Shown: in pieces, positions 1-8,540 of the stretch
How positions within the stretch are numbered: the first letter of the stretch is position 1
Layout of the letters: each line of letters starts with the position of its first letter
Source: a virus
Strand: one strand, 5' to 3'
Virus record (IMG/VR): IMGVR_UViG_3300036774_000031
Location: 1-43,113 of that record
DNA length: 43,113 bases
The notes under the pieces: model-generated
What the model was told of the DNA's origin: nothing
The model's database searches: none
The model's input: the letters and a program-made list of their open reading frames with translations, nothing else
Position numbers and translations under genes: made by a program

Positions 1-123
1 ATACTAAGGCACTCGCCAAGCAGGTGTTCACGATCTCCTTTGTCTGGACTGCCACGCCGATTGACGCTGCAGATGCTTGGATCGTCGACATCATGCAGGG
101 AAGCCTGGCGCCTGAGGCCGCGG
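1..123. repeat. Terminal direct repeat, left copy (identical to 42991-43113)
   Basis: Read directly: the first 123 bases equal the last 123 bases. This implies a circular or terminally redundant complete genome of 42,990 unique bp. Confidence 0.95.
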
Positions 124-161
124 CCAATGATCTGCCATCCATCTATGTCGTGGGGGGATGA
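1..161 (+). CDS. 3' end of the wrap-around DUF1566-like lipoprotein gene that starts at 42564
   Basis: The frame of the 42564 ORF runs through the repeat (the codon starting at 43113 corresponds to position 123) to TGA at 159-161. The C-terminus reads ...DAADAWIVDIMQGSLAPEAAANDLPSIYVVGG. Confidence 0.7.
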   Translation, partial: TKALAKQVFTISFVWTATPIDAADAWIVDIMQGSLAPEAAANDLPSIYVVGG

Positions 162-164
162 TCC

Positions 165-359
165 ATGGAATACCTACAATCATTTTATTTGATCCTATCG
201 ATGTGCAGTATGCAGCCAGGCCCACGATGCGAACAGAAGATGTCGCAATGCTATCAGCATCACGCATTCCATAAGTCGCGAGAAGATGTTGAGTTGTGCT
301 GGTTGAATCTTTATGGCCATCAGAAAGAACGTGTCTGCCGCGGTGAATGCAAGGATTGA
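165..359 (+). CDS. Hypothetical small Cys/His-rich protein (64 aa), doubtful
   Basis: ATG at 165 with a GGGGGGA stretch a few nt upstream. 7 Cys in 64 aa. No recognisable family. A 41-aa minus-strand ORF competes for the same DNA. Confidence 0.3.
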   Translation: MEYLQSFYLILSMCSMQPGPRCEQKMSQCYQHHAFHKSREDVELCWLNLYGHQKERVCRGECKD

Positions 360-373
360 TCTGCCGGTAAAAA

Positions 374-414
374 CTGCGCTATGCTGGACGGATCATCACC
401 GCCGCATAGCGCAG
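374..414 (+). promoter_or_regulatory. Perfect 11-bp stem-loop immediately upstream of terL
   Basis: CTGCGCTATGC (374-384) pairs with GCATAGCGCAG (404-414) across a 19-nt loop. The right arm runs into AGGA (413-416), the only SD-like element before the TTG start at 422. It is followed by CATTTT. Confidence 0.45.
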
Positions 415-421
415 GATCATT

Positions 422-1762
422 TTGCAGATAGCACCGCAGCCTGGCCCGCAAACTGACTTCCTTTCGACCCAAGCCGAAATCGCCATTTATGGAGGCGCCG
501 CGGGCGGCGGCAAGAGCTATGCGCTGCTGCTTGAACCCTTGCGCCATATCGAAAATAAACGATTCGGAGGCGTAATCTTCCGACGCAACTCAGTCCAGGT
601 CCGTAACGAAGGCGGCCTTTGGGATGAAAGCGAATCCATTTATAGCCTAATCGGCGCGTATCCCCGCGAGGCCAACCTTGAATGGGTCTTTCCTGCCGGC
701 GCGCGTATGAAGTTTTCGCATCTTGAGCATGAGAAATCGGTCTATGACTGGCAGGGCGCGCAGGTGCCATTCATTGGCTTCGATGAGCTCACGCATTTCA
801 GCGAGCGACAGTTCACTTATATGCTGTCGCGGAACCGTTCGACATCGGATGTCCCTGGTTATATCCGCGCGACATGCAATCCCGACGCAGACAGTTGGGT
901 CCGCCGCTGGGTCGACTGGTACATAGACGAGGCGGGATACCCGATCAAAGAACGATCGGGCGTGCTGAGGTGGTTCATCCGCTTGGATGACACGTTAATA
1001 TGGGGGGACAGTCGCGAGGAATTGCTGGCGCGGCATGGGGCGGATCAGTTACCGAAATCATTCACATTTATACCATCGAACATTCACGACAATCGGATCC
1101 TAATGGAAAAAGATCCGGGTTATCTGGCCAACCTTCGCGCCTTATCCCGCGTTGATCGGCTGCGCCTCGAGGGCGGCAACTGGAACGTCCGCGCATCGGC
1201 CGGCATGATGTTCCAGCGCGAATGGTTCCCGATCCTAGATGCTGTCCCTGCCGGATGGATTCAATCCGTGCGGTTCTGGGATCGCGCCGCCACGCGCCCG
1301 AACGAGTCAAACAAGGATCCAGACTGGACGCGCGGGCTGAAGCTCCTCAAGTATCCTGACGGGCGGTTTATCATCGCCGACCTGAAGTCTCTGCGCGACA
1401 CGCCCGGACAGGTTGAGCGCCTCGTCAAAACCGTTGCAAGCCATGATGGACAAGCCACGCGCGTCGTTTCGCAGCAAGATCCGGGGTCAGCCGGCGTTTC
1501 CGAGGCCGAGAATTTTATTAGAATGTTGGCCGGTTTTGATGTACACGTCCAAATAATCTCCAAAGACAAGTTGACCAGGGCCAAGCCAGTGTCAGCACAG
1601 TGCGAGGCTGGTAACATCCAGGTAATCAGGGCACCATGGAATGATGAGTTGTTTACCGAACTCGAGAACTTCCCAGAAGGCAAGCACGACGACATCGTCG
1701 ACGTCCTGTCTGGCGCTTTCAACACCCTTGCCACGGGATTGTCGATCCTTGACGTCCTTTAG
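422..1762 (+). CDS. terL: Terminase large subunit
   Basis: Walker A GGAAGGGKS. Walker B-like FIGFDELTHF. C-terminal nuclease-type motifs (QQDPGSAG ... GKHDDIVDVLSGAF) typical of PBSX/Terminase_6-type TerL. TTG start, so the start is uncertain. Confidence 0.9.
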   Translation: MQIAPQPGPQTDFLSTQAEIAIYGGAAGGGKSYALLLEPLRHIENKRFGGVIFRRNSVQVRNEGGLWDESESIYSLIGAYPREANLEWVFPAGARMKFSHLEHEKSVYDWQGAQVPFIGFDELTHFSERQFTYMLSRNRSTSDVPGYIRATCNPDADSWVRRWVDWYIDEAGYPIKERSGVLRWFIRLDDTLIWGDSREELLARHGADQLPKSFTFIPSNIHDNRILMEKDPGYLANLRALSRVDRLRLEGGNWNVRASAGMMFQREWFPILDAVPAGWIQSVRFWDRAATRPNESNKDPDWTRGLKLLKYPDGRFIIADLKSLRDTPGQVERLVKTVASHDGQATRVVSQQDPGSAGVSEAENFIRMLAGFDVHVQIISKDKLTRAKPVSAQCEAGNIQVIRAPWNDELFTELENFPEGKHDDIVDVLSGAFNTLATGLSILDVL

Positions 1763-1773
1763 GAGCGTTCAGC

Positions 1774-3600
1774 ATGAGCAAGCGCGACCGTCATCGTAAC
1801 AAGTTTGGCGCCCCGATGCAACGCGAGCAAGTTGAGATAACTAAGCAAGTCACGAACGAGGCCGCGGCCGCGATGCAGAACGGCCTGGCAGATGCGCTTG
1901 GCGGCGGGATTGGCCTTGGCGGCGGATTTAACCCTATCGGATTTCCCGGCAATCAGAACTCGCCATTCGCCGAAACCATAAGCGATTCTGATACCTTATT
2001 CAAGAATATGCGCTGGTATCTGGTATCCAACTTCCGCCAGCTATTGTCCGAGGCGTATGTCGAGATCGGCCTAGTCCAAACGATTGTTGATGTCCCTGTC
2101 GACGACGGCCTGCGCGGCGGGATCGAGATCAAGTCGAAGCAACTCAGCGAGGAACAGATCGAAGAGCTTCGGCTATCGATTGATCGCGACGACGACCTGA
2201 CTATCGTTGGACAGGCAGCGAAATGGAACCGTTTGTTTGGCGGCGCCGGCATCCTGATCCTGACCGATCAAGACCCAGAGGAACCGTTAGAGGTCGAAAA
2301 GATCACGGCCGACAGCCAGCTTGAATTCCGCGCCGTCGATATGTGGGAACTATTCTGGGACAAGCAAAACACCGAAGGCTATGACCCGGCAATCCAGACG
2401 CAGGACTTCGAGTTTTACAACTACTACGGCGAACAGGTCCATAAGTCGCGCGTCATGCGCCTTAAGGGATTGTCCGCGCCATCATTCATCCGCCCGCGCC
2501 TTCGTGGCTGGGGATTCAGCGTTGTCGAGACGCTCATCCGGTCGATTAACCAATACTTGAAGGCGACTGATCTGACGTTCGAGGTGCTCGACGAGTTCAA
2601 GGTCGACGTCTACAAGATCAAAAACCTTGTCAACACACTCCTGTCCCCCAATGGCGCGCAACAGATCCAGAAGCGCATCCAGCTTGCCAACTTCCAGAAG
2701 AACTATCAAAACGCGCTGACCATGGACAGCGAGGACGACTGGGATCACAAACAGCTGTCCTTCGCTGGCATGGCCGAAGTCATGACCCAGATCCGTATGC
2801 AGGTCGCCAGCGACATGCGGATGCCGATGCTCAAACTGTTCGGCACGCCAGCGCAAGGACTTAATGCGGGCGACGAGGATAGCATCGAGGTCTATAACTC
2901 GATGGTCGAATCCCAGGTCCGCAACAAACTCAAATACGACATCCTGCGTGTCTGCGAGATCAAGTGCCAACGCCTATTTGGGATGATCCCTGACGATCTA
3001 TCCGTGCATTTCAAACCTCTGCGAGTCATGTCGGCCGAACAAGAAGAAAACGTAAAGACCCAGAAGTTCTCGCGTCTGATTCAAGCCAAACAGGCGGGCG
3101 AGATCACGCTAGAAGAATTCCGCGATAGCTGCAACAAAGGCAACCTATTTGACATCACGCTCGATACGACTGACGGCGCATTGCTGGACGTCAAAGACGA
3201 GGCGGCAGAAGGATTCAACGATCCGCTGCAAACGAAGGATGTCGACGATCCTGGGGCCAACCGTCTCGATACGCGCAAGGCACGCGCGACAGAAGTCGGC
3301 GGTGCCGGCAAGGAACCTAAGCCAGCACCGCGGTCAGCGTCAGCACCTAAGGCGAAAGCCGAAGCTGGATCTAGGCGCGAACAAGTCCGCAATTCGCCCG
3401 AATTCGACCGCGCCAGCTATGCGGCTGACGGGGGTGATGAATGGATCGATGACCGCCGACGCGAGTTCTTCGAGAATCCTGGCAAGGTCGACGAGGGACT
3501 GTGGGCTAAAGCGAAGGAGGCATCAAAGGCAGCGTTTGGTGAGATCAAATGGAAGTTCGTAACTTGGTGGTACAAAAAACAAGGCGGACATTTCGGTTAA
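1774..3600 (+). CDS. Portal protein (DUF1073-like) with a charged K/A/E-rich C-terminal extension
   Basis: 608 aa, directly after terL and upstream of the Mu F-like and scaffold genes. The DUF1073/DUF2213/DUF2184-type head-gene trio is recognised from memory. Confidence 0.75.
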   Translation: MSKRDRHRNKFGAPMQREQVEITKQVTNEAAAAMQNGLADALGGGIGLGGGFNPIGFPGNQNSPFAETISDSDTLFKNMRWYLVSNFRQLLSEAYVEIGLVQTIVDVPVDDGLRGGIEIKSKQLSEEQIEELRLSIDRDDDLTIVGQAAKWNRLFGGAGILILTDQDPEEPLEVEKITADSQLEFRAVDMWELFWDKQNTEGYDPAIQTQDFEFYNYYGEQVHKSRVMRLKGLSAPSFIRPRLRGWGFSVVETLIRSINQYLKATDLTFEVLDEFKVDVYKIKNLVNTLLSPNGAQQIQKRIQLANFQKNYQNALTMDSEDDWDHKQLSFAGMAEVMTQIRMQVASDMRMPMLKLFGTPAQGLNAGDEDSIEVYNSMVESQVRNKLKYDILRVCEIKCQRLFGMIPDDLSVHFKPLRVMSAEQEENVKTQKFSRLIQAKQAGEITLEEFRDSCNKGNLFDITLDTTDGALLDVKDEAAEGFNDPLQTKDVDDPGANRLDTRKARATEVGGAGKEPKPAPRSASAPKAKAEAGSRREQVRNSPEFDRASYAADGGDEWIDDRRREFFENPGKVDEGLWAKAKEASKAAFGEIKWKFVTWWYKKQGGHFG

Positions 3601-3624
3601 TCCCCACAATACAGGAGATCAAGC

Positions 3625-4050
3625 ATGACAGAGGGAATGATTCAGTGGTCGCCCGGGGTGACCCTAGATGCCATCGAGAAACAGGTAATTCTTAAGGCGT
3701 ATGCCTTCTATCGCCAAAACAAAACGGCGACAGCGGCGGCGCTTGGCATCTCCGTGCGCACTATCGATAATAAGTTCGAGCGATATGAAAAAGATGATCG
3801 AGAACTCGAGGGAAAAGAAAATGAACGAGCGCGCCAACGAGAAGACGACATGCTCCGCGCCAGAGGCCAGCATCCCAACCAAATTGCAGCAGCAGCCGCA
3901 CAAACTAGCAATAAAGCCACTGCCGGGGTTCACGCACAATCCGCTCCTAAAACTGCCGCGCAACCGCAAGTGTCCGTGCCTCAGCGGCAAGAAGTTCAAG
4001 GCGTGCCATCTGCCGTTACTGCCAAGGGTGGTTTCACAGGACGACGCTGA
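3625..4050 (+). CDS. Fis/NtrC-type HTH DNA-binding protein (N-terminal ~60 aa convincing, tail low-complexity)
   Basis: LDAIEKQVILKAYAFYRQNKTATAAALGISVRTIDNKFERY matches the HTH_8 (Fis-type) pattern. After ~3800 the frame becomes A/Q/P-rich and overlaps a better-looking ORF in the +1 frame. Confidence 0.6.
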   Translation: MTEGMIQWSPGVTLDAIEKQVILKAYAFYRQNKTATAAALGISVRTIDNKFERYEKDDRELEGKENERARQREDDMLRARGQHPNQIAAAAAQTSNKATAGVHAQSAPKTAAQPQVSVPQRQEVQGVPSAVTAKGGFTGRR

Positions 4051-4180
4051 AAAGTTCTCCAAACAGATGCGCCAAGATGATTTGGTGTTCATCACGAAGG
4101 AGAACGAAGCATTGATCAAGGATGCCAATGCGCGATTATCAGGAGATACCGCCAGTCAGGGAGTCGAGTCGAAGTTATGA
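3785..4180 (+). CDS. SEC-C motif protein, overlapping ORF in the +1 frame (start uncertain: ATG 3785, 3794 or 3821)
   Basis: NRKCPCLSGKKFKACH (3971-4009) matches the SEC-C metal-binding motif CPCxSGKKxKxC[CH]. The flanking sequence (PLPGFTHNPLL..., VVSQDDAEKFSKQMRQDDLVFITKENEALIKDANARL) looks protein-like. Confidence 0.5.
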   Translation: MKKMIENSREKKMNERANEKTTCSAPEASIPTKLQQQPHKLAIKPLPGFTHNPLLKLPRNRKCPCLSGKKFKACHLPLLPRVVSQDDAEKFSKQMRQDDLVFITKENEALIKDANARLSGDTASQGVESKL

Positions 4181-5135
4181 ACGCATCGAATTGCGAATCA
4201 AAAAAGTTTTCCTAGATCTGATCTATCTGCCCCTCGTCCGCGAGCTCAACGCCCCAATCAAAAAACTAAAGAATGCGAAAAGCGCATTGCTTGAAGCCAT
4301 CCAAGCCGGCCGGGTCAGTGTCCGCCAAGGGTATTGGACCGGCAAGTTCACGGCTGCGATATCGAAAGAATTGCGGGAGCTCGGCGCGACATGGGACAAA
4401 GAAATGTCCGCCTTTAGACTGCCAATGTCCATGCTGACGCCAGCAATGCGCGAGGCCGTACGTCTAAGCGAATCGCGACTCACCGATAAATTCAGACGCA
4501 TCGACGAGTATCTCGTAAAACTCCAACCAGAAATAATTGCGCAGTCAGTAAAAGTTGCCGACCTGTTTGATACCGCACTCTTGAAAGTTGACAAGGACAT
4601 AGCGCATACTTTACGTAAGATAACGATCCCCGCACAGTTGACACCTGAACAGAGAAGAAAGATTGCTGCCGAATGGCAAGACAATATGGAGCTCTGGATC
4701 AAAGATTGGTCGGCTAAGGAGATCGTTAATCTGCGCAAGGACGTGCAGAAACATATTTTCGCAGGGAACCGCTACGAACACATGATCAAGACGATCAAGA
4801 CATCATATGGCGTCAGCGAGAACAAGGCCAAATTCCTTGCTCGCCAGGAAACCAATTTGCTGATGTCGAAGTTCAAAGAAACGAGATATGCCGCCGCGGG
4901 CGTCAAAGAATATCGTTGGCAAACAGTCGTGGGCTCACCAAATCACCCCGTTAGACCTGCACACAAATCCCTCAATGGCAAGATATTTGCCTTCGATAAT
5001 CCTCCAGTGACCACAGCGCCAGACGAACCCGCGCGTCGGAACAATCCGGGCGAGGACTATAATTGTAGATGTACGGCGATCCCCCTGATCAGATTCAAGG
5101 GGCATAAAAGAGGTTCAAATGACGATATCCGGTAA
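4122..5135 (+). CDS. Head morphogenesis protein, Mu F / SPP1 gp7 family
   Basis: Position after the portal. The C-terminal HPVRPAHKSLNGKIF...NPGEDYNCRCTAIPL is the characteristic Mu F-like motif. Confidence 0.8.
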   Translation: MPMRDYQEIPPVRESSRSYERIELRIKKVFLDLIYLPLVRELNAPIKKLKNAKSALLEAIQAGRVSVRQGYWTGKFTAAISKELRELGATWDKEMSAFRLPMSMLTPAMREAVRLSESRLTDKFRRIDEYLVKLQPEIIAQSVKVADLFDTALLKVDKDIAHTLRKITIPAQLTPEQRRKIAAEWQDNMELWIKDWSAKEIVNLRKDVQKHIFAGNRYEHMIKTIKTSYGVSENKAKFLARQETNLLMSKFKETRYAAAGVKEYRWQTVVGSPNHPVRPAHKSLNGKIFAFDNPPVTTAPDEPARRNNPGEDYNCRCTAIPLIRFKGHKRGSNDDIR

Positions 5136-5430
5136 TGTCAGCGTCGTTTCATATTCGGCGACGAATGTCCCGACCAACGCATATGTGTCGATTGGCGCGA
5201 TGCCGACATCCTGCCGCGCACTTCAAATCATCGATACCAGTGGCAAGATCATCAAGATCGCGACCGGAGCGCCGGGAAGTGAGGTCGATGTCGCGACCGT
5301 CGTGCCATCAACCAACCAAACCAATTTCGGTATTGTCATCCCGATTTACATACCGGCAGGACAGCCGATATCGCTTAAGGCGGTCGATGCCACGGCAAAC
5401 AGCGGTTATAACTTGTTGAGCTTCCTTTGA
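5119..5430 (+). CDS. Hypothetical beta-rich head-module protein (103 aa)
   Basis: AAGAGG SD upstream of ATG 5119. Coupled to neighbours by overlaps. No family recognised. Confidence 0.55.
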   Translation: MTISGNVSVVSYSATNVPTNAYVSIGAMPTSCRALQIIDTSGKIIKIATGAPGSEVDVATVVPSTNQTNFGIVIPIYIPAGQPISLKAVDATANSGYNLLSFL

Positions 5431-6614
5431 TCCAAAACCAAAAAGGTCGGATCTATTACGGACTTCATTTTTACTCTGGAGTGGCAGAGTATGAAGAAGC
5501 CGGTAAAGCGCCGTATCGCGTGTTTCTGAACGAGAACACGCTGCGCCAAATGGATCCATCCTTTGCGGGTCGGCCGGTATTCGTCCTGCACGTTGATGAC
5601 GTCGAACAGAACATCGATGTCCTGCGCGCCGAGGCCGATGGCTGGGTTGTCGAATCGTTCTATAACGAGGCTGATGGCAAGCATTGGGTCAAGTTCATCG
5701 CCGTCAGCGAGAAGGCTGAACGCGCCATCAAGCAAGGCATGCGCCTATCCAATTCGTATTTCCCCAAGCAGCTTGGCCAGGGCGGCGTCTGGAACGGCGT
5801 TTCCTATGACAAGGAGATCACGGCCGGCGAATACGAGCATCTGGCACTGGTGCCAAACCCGCGTTACGACGAATCCGTCGTCATGACGCCCGAACAATTC
5901 AAAGACTACAACGAGAATCATCGACTAGAGCTCAAGAAGCTCGCGAACAATAACGACAAACGAAAGGAAACTACAATGGGGTTCAAGCTATTTGAGCGCA
6001 AGAAAGTCGAGAATGCGATTGACATCGAAAAGATGTCCGTCGTGTTGCCGAAATCTGGCGTCGAAGTGACGCTCGCCAAACTCATCAATGATGCCGACGA
6101 AGCCGAAGGCAAGGACGTCATGGCCAAGGGTGAGCATCACACCATGGTCGGCGACAAGAAGATGAGCGTCGGCAGTCTCGTCAAGAAATACAACAAGGTT
6201 TGCAGCGACCTCGAAGAACTGAAGTCGAAGCACGCCAATGATGATGATGCCAAGAAAAATGATGACGATGATGACGATGAAGAAAAGAAAAAGAAGAACG
6301 ACGAGGCGGAGCTAGAAACCGAAGTCGAGACGAAAAAGAAAAAGGTCGAAGTCGAAGGCGATAAGCATAACGACGACGATGATGACGATGAGGAAAAGAA
6401 AAAGAAGAACAAAGAAGATGAAGAGGCCAAGACGAAGGCCTTAGAACTTGCCGAGCACGAAGAGAAGGAAATCGCTGAGGCGAAAAAGAAGAATGCCAAG
6501 GAAAAGGCGGATCGTCTACGCAATGCTCAAAACAATGCGCTTAAGACGGCACCTCGTGTCGAACTATCTGAGGACCGGCTGGCGCGTGGTAAATCGCGTT
6601 ACGGATCTAACTAA
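5427..6614 (+). CDS. Scaffolding protein (DUF2213-like N-domain plus hyper-charged D/E/K C-terminal half)
   Basis: N-terminal ~160 aa (GRPVFVLHVDD..., EYEHLALVPNPRY) resembles DUF2213. The C-terminal half is coiled-coil-like with a duplicated DDDDDDEEKKKKN block. Sits upstream of the capsid gene. Confidence 0.65.
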   Translation: MIQNQKGRIYYGLHFYSGVAEYEEAGKAPYRVFLNENTLRQMDPSFAGRPVFVLHVDDVEQNIDVLRAEADGWVVESFYNEADGKHWVKFIAVSEKAERAIKQGMRLSNSYFPKQLGQGGVWNGVSYDKEITAGEYEHLALVPNPRYDESVVMTPEQFKDYNENHRLELKKLANNNDKRKETTMGFKLFERKKVENAIDIEKMSVVLPKSGVEVTLAKLINDADEAEGKDVMAKGEHHTMVGDKKMSVGSLVKKYNKVCSDLEELKSKHANDDDAKKNDDDDDDEEKKKKNDEAELETEVETKKKKVEVEGDKHNDDDDDDEEKKKKNKEDEEAKTKALELAEHEEKEIAEAKKKNAKEKADRLRNAQNNALKTAPRVELSEDRLARGKSRYGSN

Positions 6615-6643
6615 CCAATAATTTCACTTTAGGAGTTTGAACC

Positions 6644-7405
6644 ATGACAGCAGTCGTAGCCGGAGCACTCAGCCTCATCTCGATCCAATCAACCACCGCA
6701 TCCCTGTCGTCTGCCGTGGCGACGGGCGGAACCGGGCCGTATACCTATCAGTGGTACCGTTCGACGACCTCGGGTTTCACCCCAGGCGGCGGTAACCTTA
6801 TCGCTGGCGCAACGGCGCTGACGCTGAACGATAGCGGTCTAATCCCCAATACGTCCTACTTCTGGAAGGTCGTGGCAACAGACAGCCTTGCAGCGACGGG
6901 AACGTCGTCTCAACTTGCAGCATCGACCTCGGTTCCTGTCCTGAATCCTAACCAGTTTCAACTCAGCCCATTCCTCGGCCAAATCGATCTGCGCTTCGAC
7001 TACAACACGACCTCGGCGTTGATTGACGTATCGCAGTCCACGCCCCTTTATGCGGGTTCTGCAGTCAAGGTCGTCGACAGCGCCGATGGCGTGCCGAAAG
7101 TCGTTGGTTGTGCAGCGAATAGCGATGAGGTTTGGGGATTCATCAACTTCGATATCAAAACCGTGCAATTCCTTGCCGGCGTTCCCTGTGAAGTATCGCA
7201 GAAAGGAAACGTCATGTTCTTGTATGCAACGACGGCCATCAGCCGCAGCGCGCAAGTTCAGCTCGACCTAAGCACCAATGGTGGTGTGGCTGCCGTTGTG
7301 CCATCGAGCGGTGCTGATATCGTCGGTTATGCCTTCGACAAGGCAGCGGCACCAGGAGCGTTGATTCGGGTTGCTATCCAAACCCCGTCGTTTTCGAAGG
7401 CTTAA
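6644..7405 (+). CDS. Head decoration protein with N-terminal Ig/FN3-like domain
   Basis: GGTGPYTYQWYRSTTSGF...TSYFWKVVATD is an Ig/FN3-like signature. The C-terminal half resembles DUF2190-type decoration/cement proteins. Lies between scaffold and capsid. Confidence 0.5.
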   Translation: MTAVVAGALSLISIQSTTASLSSAVATGGTGPYTYQWYRSTTSGFTPGGGNLIAGATALTLNDSGLIPNTSYFWKVVATDSLAATGTSSQLAASTSVPVLNPNQFQLSPFLGQIDLRFDYNTTSALIDVSQSTPLYAGSAVKVVDSADGVPKVVGCAANSDEVWGFINFDIKTVQFLAGVPCEVSQKGNVMFLYATTAISRSAQVQLDLSTNGGVAAVVPSSGADIVGYAFDKAAAPGALIRVAIQTPSFSKA

Positions 7406-7434
7406 TTTAAACCAAACAAAGGAGAATCCGAATC

Positions 7435-8466
7435 ATGCTGCAGCCAAAAGTCTACAACTCCAAAGGTGATCCGATCATCTTGAACGCTCGTGAAGAACTC
7501 ATGGCGAACAAGATCCAACGTCAATGTAACGCACTTGGTTACGAGGTCCAGATTACGACCTTGACGACTATCGCGAAGAAAATCACGGAACAGAAGTTCT
7601 TCGAGATCCCGCCGGCCGACTATCTGCCAGTACGGGTCGGCGAAGGAACCTGGTCCACGAACCTGACGACCTATCGTTCATTCGATTTGGCCGATGAGTT
7701 CGAGACGGGCATCATCAACACGGGAGGCCAGAACAGCCGTTTGGCGACTGCCGATGCCGGCGTCGATGCGCTCAACATCAAGATCTTTCCGTGGGCCAAG
7801 GCCATCGGCTGGAGCATCTTTGATCTTGAGTTTGCTGCCAAGTCCGGCAACTGGGATTTGGTCACGGCCAAAGAACGCGCACGGAAAAAGAACTGGGACC
7901 TAGGCGTTCAGCGCGTCGCTTTCCTCGGGTCGCGCGGCCAAAACGGTGTCGGCGGTACGTGTCTTGGACTTCTCAATCAGCCTGGCGTTACGGTCAATAC
8001 GGCGGTCATCACGAAAGCCATCAGCAGCATGACCGTTGCCGAGCTCAAGACGTTCACGGCCCAAGTCATCGAAGCATATCGTGCAAACGTTCAGCGTTCG
8101 GCATGGCCATCGCACTTCATCATCCCGGAGTCGGACTACAACGGTTTGGCCAGCCAGGCATCGCCTGACTTCCCGATCAAGTCCACGCTCCAATTGATCG
8201 AAGAAATGTTCCAGGTCATCACGCGAAACAAAATGTTCAAGATCTTGCCGCTGGCCTACGGCGACAAAGCGTACAGCGGATATTCGTATCAGCAATACGT
8301 CTTGCTGAACTACGACGAAGAATCCGTGCGCATGGACATCCCGCTTGATTACACGAACACGTTGGCGAACTCGTTCGACAACTTTAACTTCCAAAATGTT
8401 GCTTATGGGCAGTTTACGGGGGTGTTGGCCTATCGACCCCTTGAGATGCTCTACTTCCAATTTTAA
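7435..8466 (+). CDS. Major capsid protein (DUF2184-like, HK97-fold expected)
   Basis: 343 aa, strong AAAGGAG SD, follows scaffold and decoration genes, and is followed by a strong intrinsic terminator. Confidence 0.75.
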   Translation: MLQPKVYNSKGDPIILNAREELMANKIQRQCNALGYEVQITTLTTIAKKITEQKFFEIPPADYLPVRVGEGTWSTNLTTYRSFDLADEFETGIINTGGQNSRLATADAGVDALNIKIFPWAKAIGWSIFDLEFAAKSGNWDLVTAKERARKKNWDLGVQRVAFLGSRGQNGVGGTCLGLLNQPGVTVNTAVITKAISSMTVAELKTFTAQVIEAYRANVQRSAWPSHFIIPESDYNGLASQASPDFPIKSTLQLIEEMFQVITRNKMFKILPLAYGDKAYSGYSYQQYVLLNYDEESVRMDIPLDYTNTLANSFDNFNFQNVAYGQFTGVLAYRPLEMLYFQF

Positions 8467-8489
8467 TTAGAGTCCGTTCCGAGCAAGGT

Positions 8490-8527
8490 GGTCGCAAGAG
8501 TTTGGACGTCTCTTGCGGCCATTTTCC
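8490..8527 (+). terminator. Rho-independent terminator after the major capsid gene
   Basis: GGTCGCAAGAG (8490-8500) pairs with CTCTTGCGGCC (8510-8520): 11 bp including one G-T pair, with a 9-nt loop, followed by ATTTTCCC. Confidence 0.7.
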
Positions 8528-8540
8528 CTAAAGGGGTTTC

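Noticed and set aside
6137-6523. 128-aa minus-strand Ser/Phe-rich ORF
   Set aside because: It is the antisense image of the D/E/K-rich scaffold region (GAA/GAT/AAG codons read backwards).
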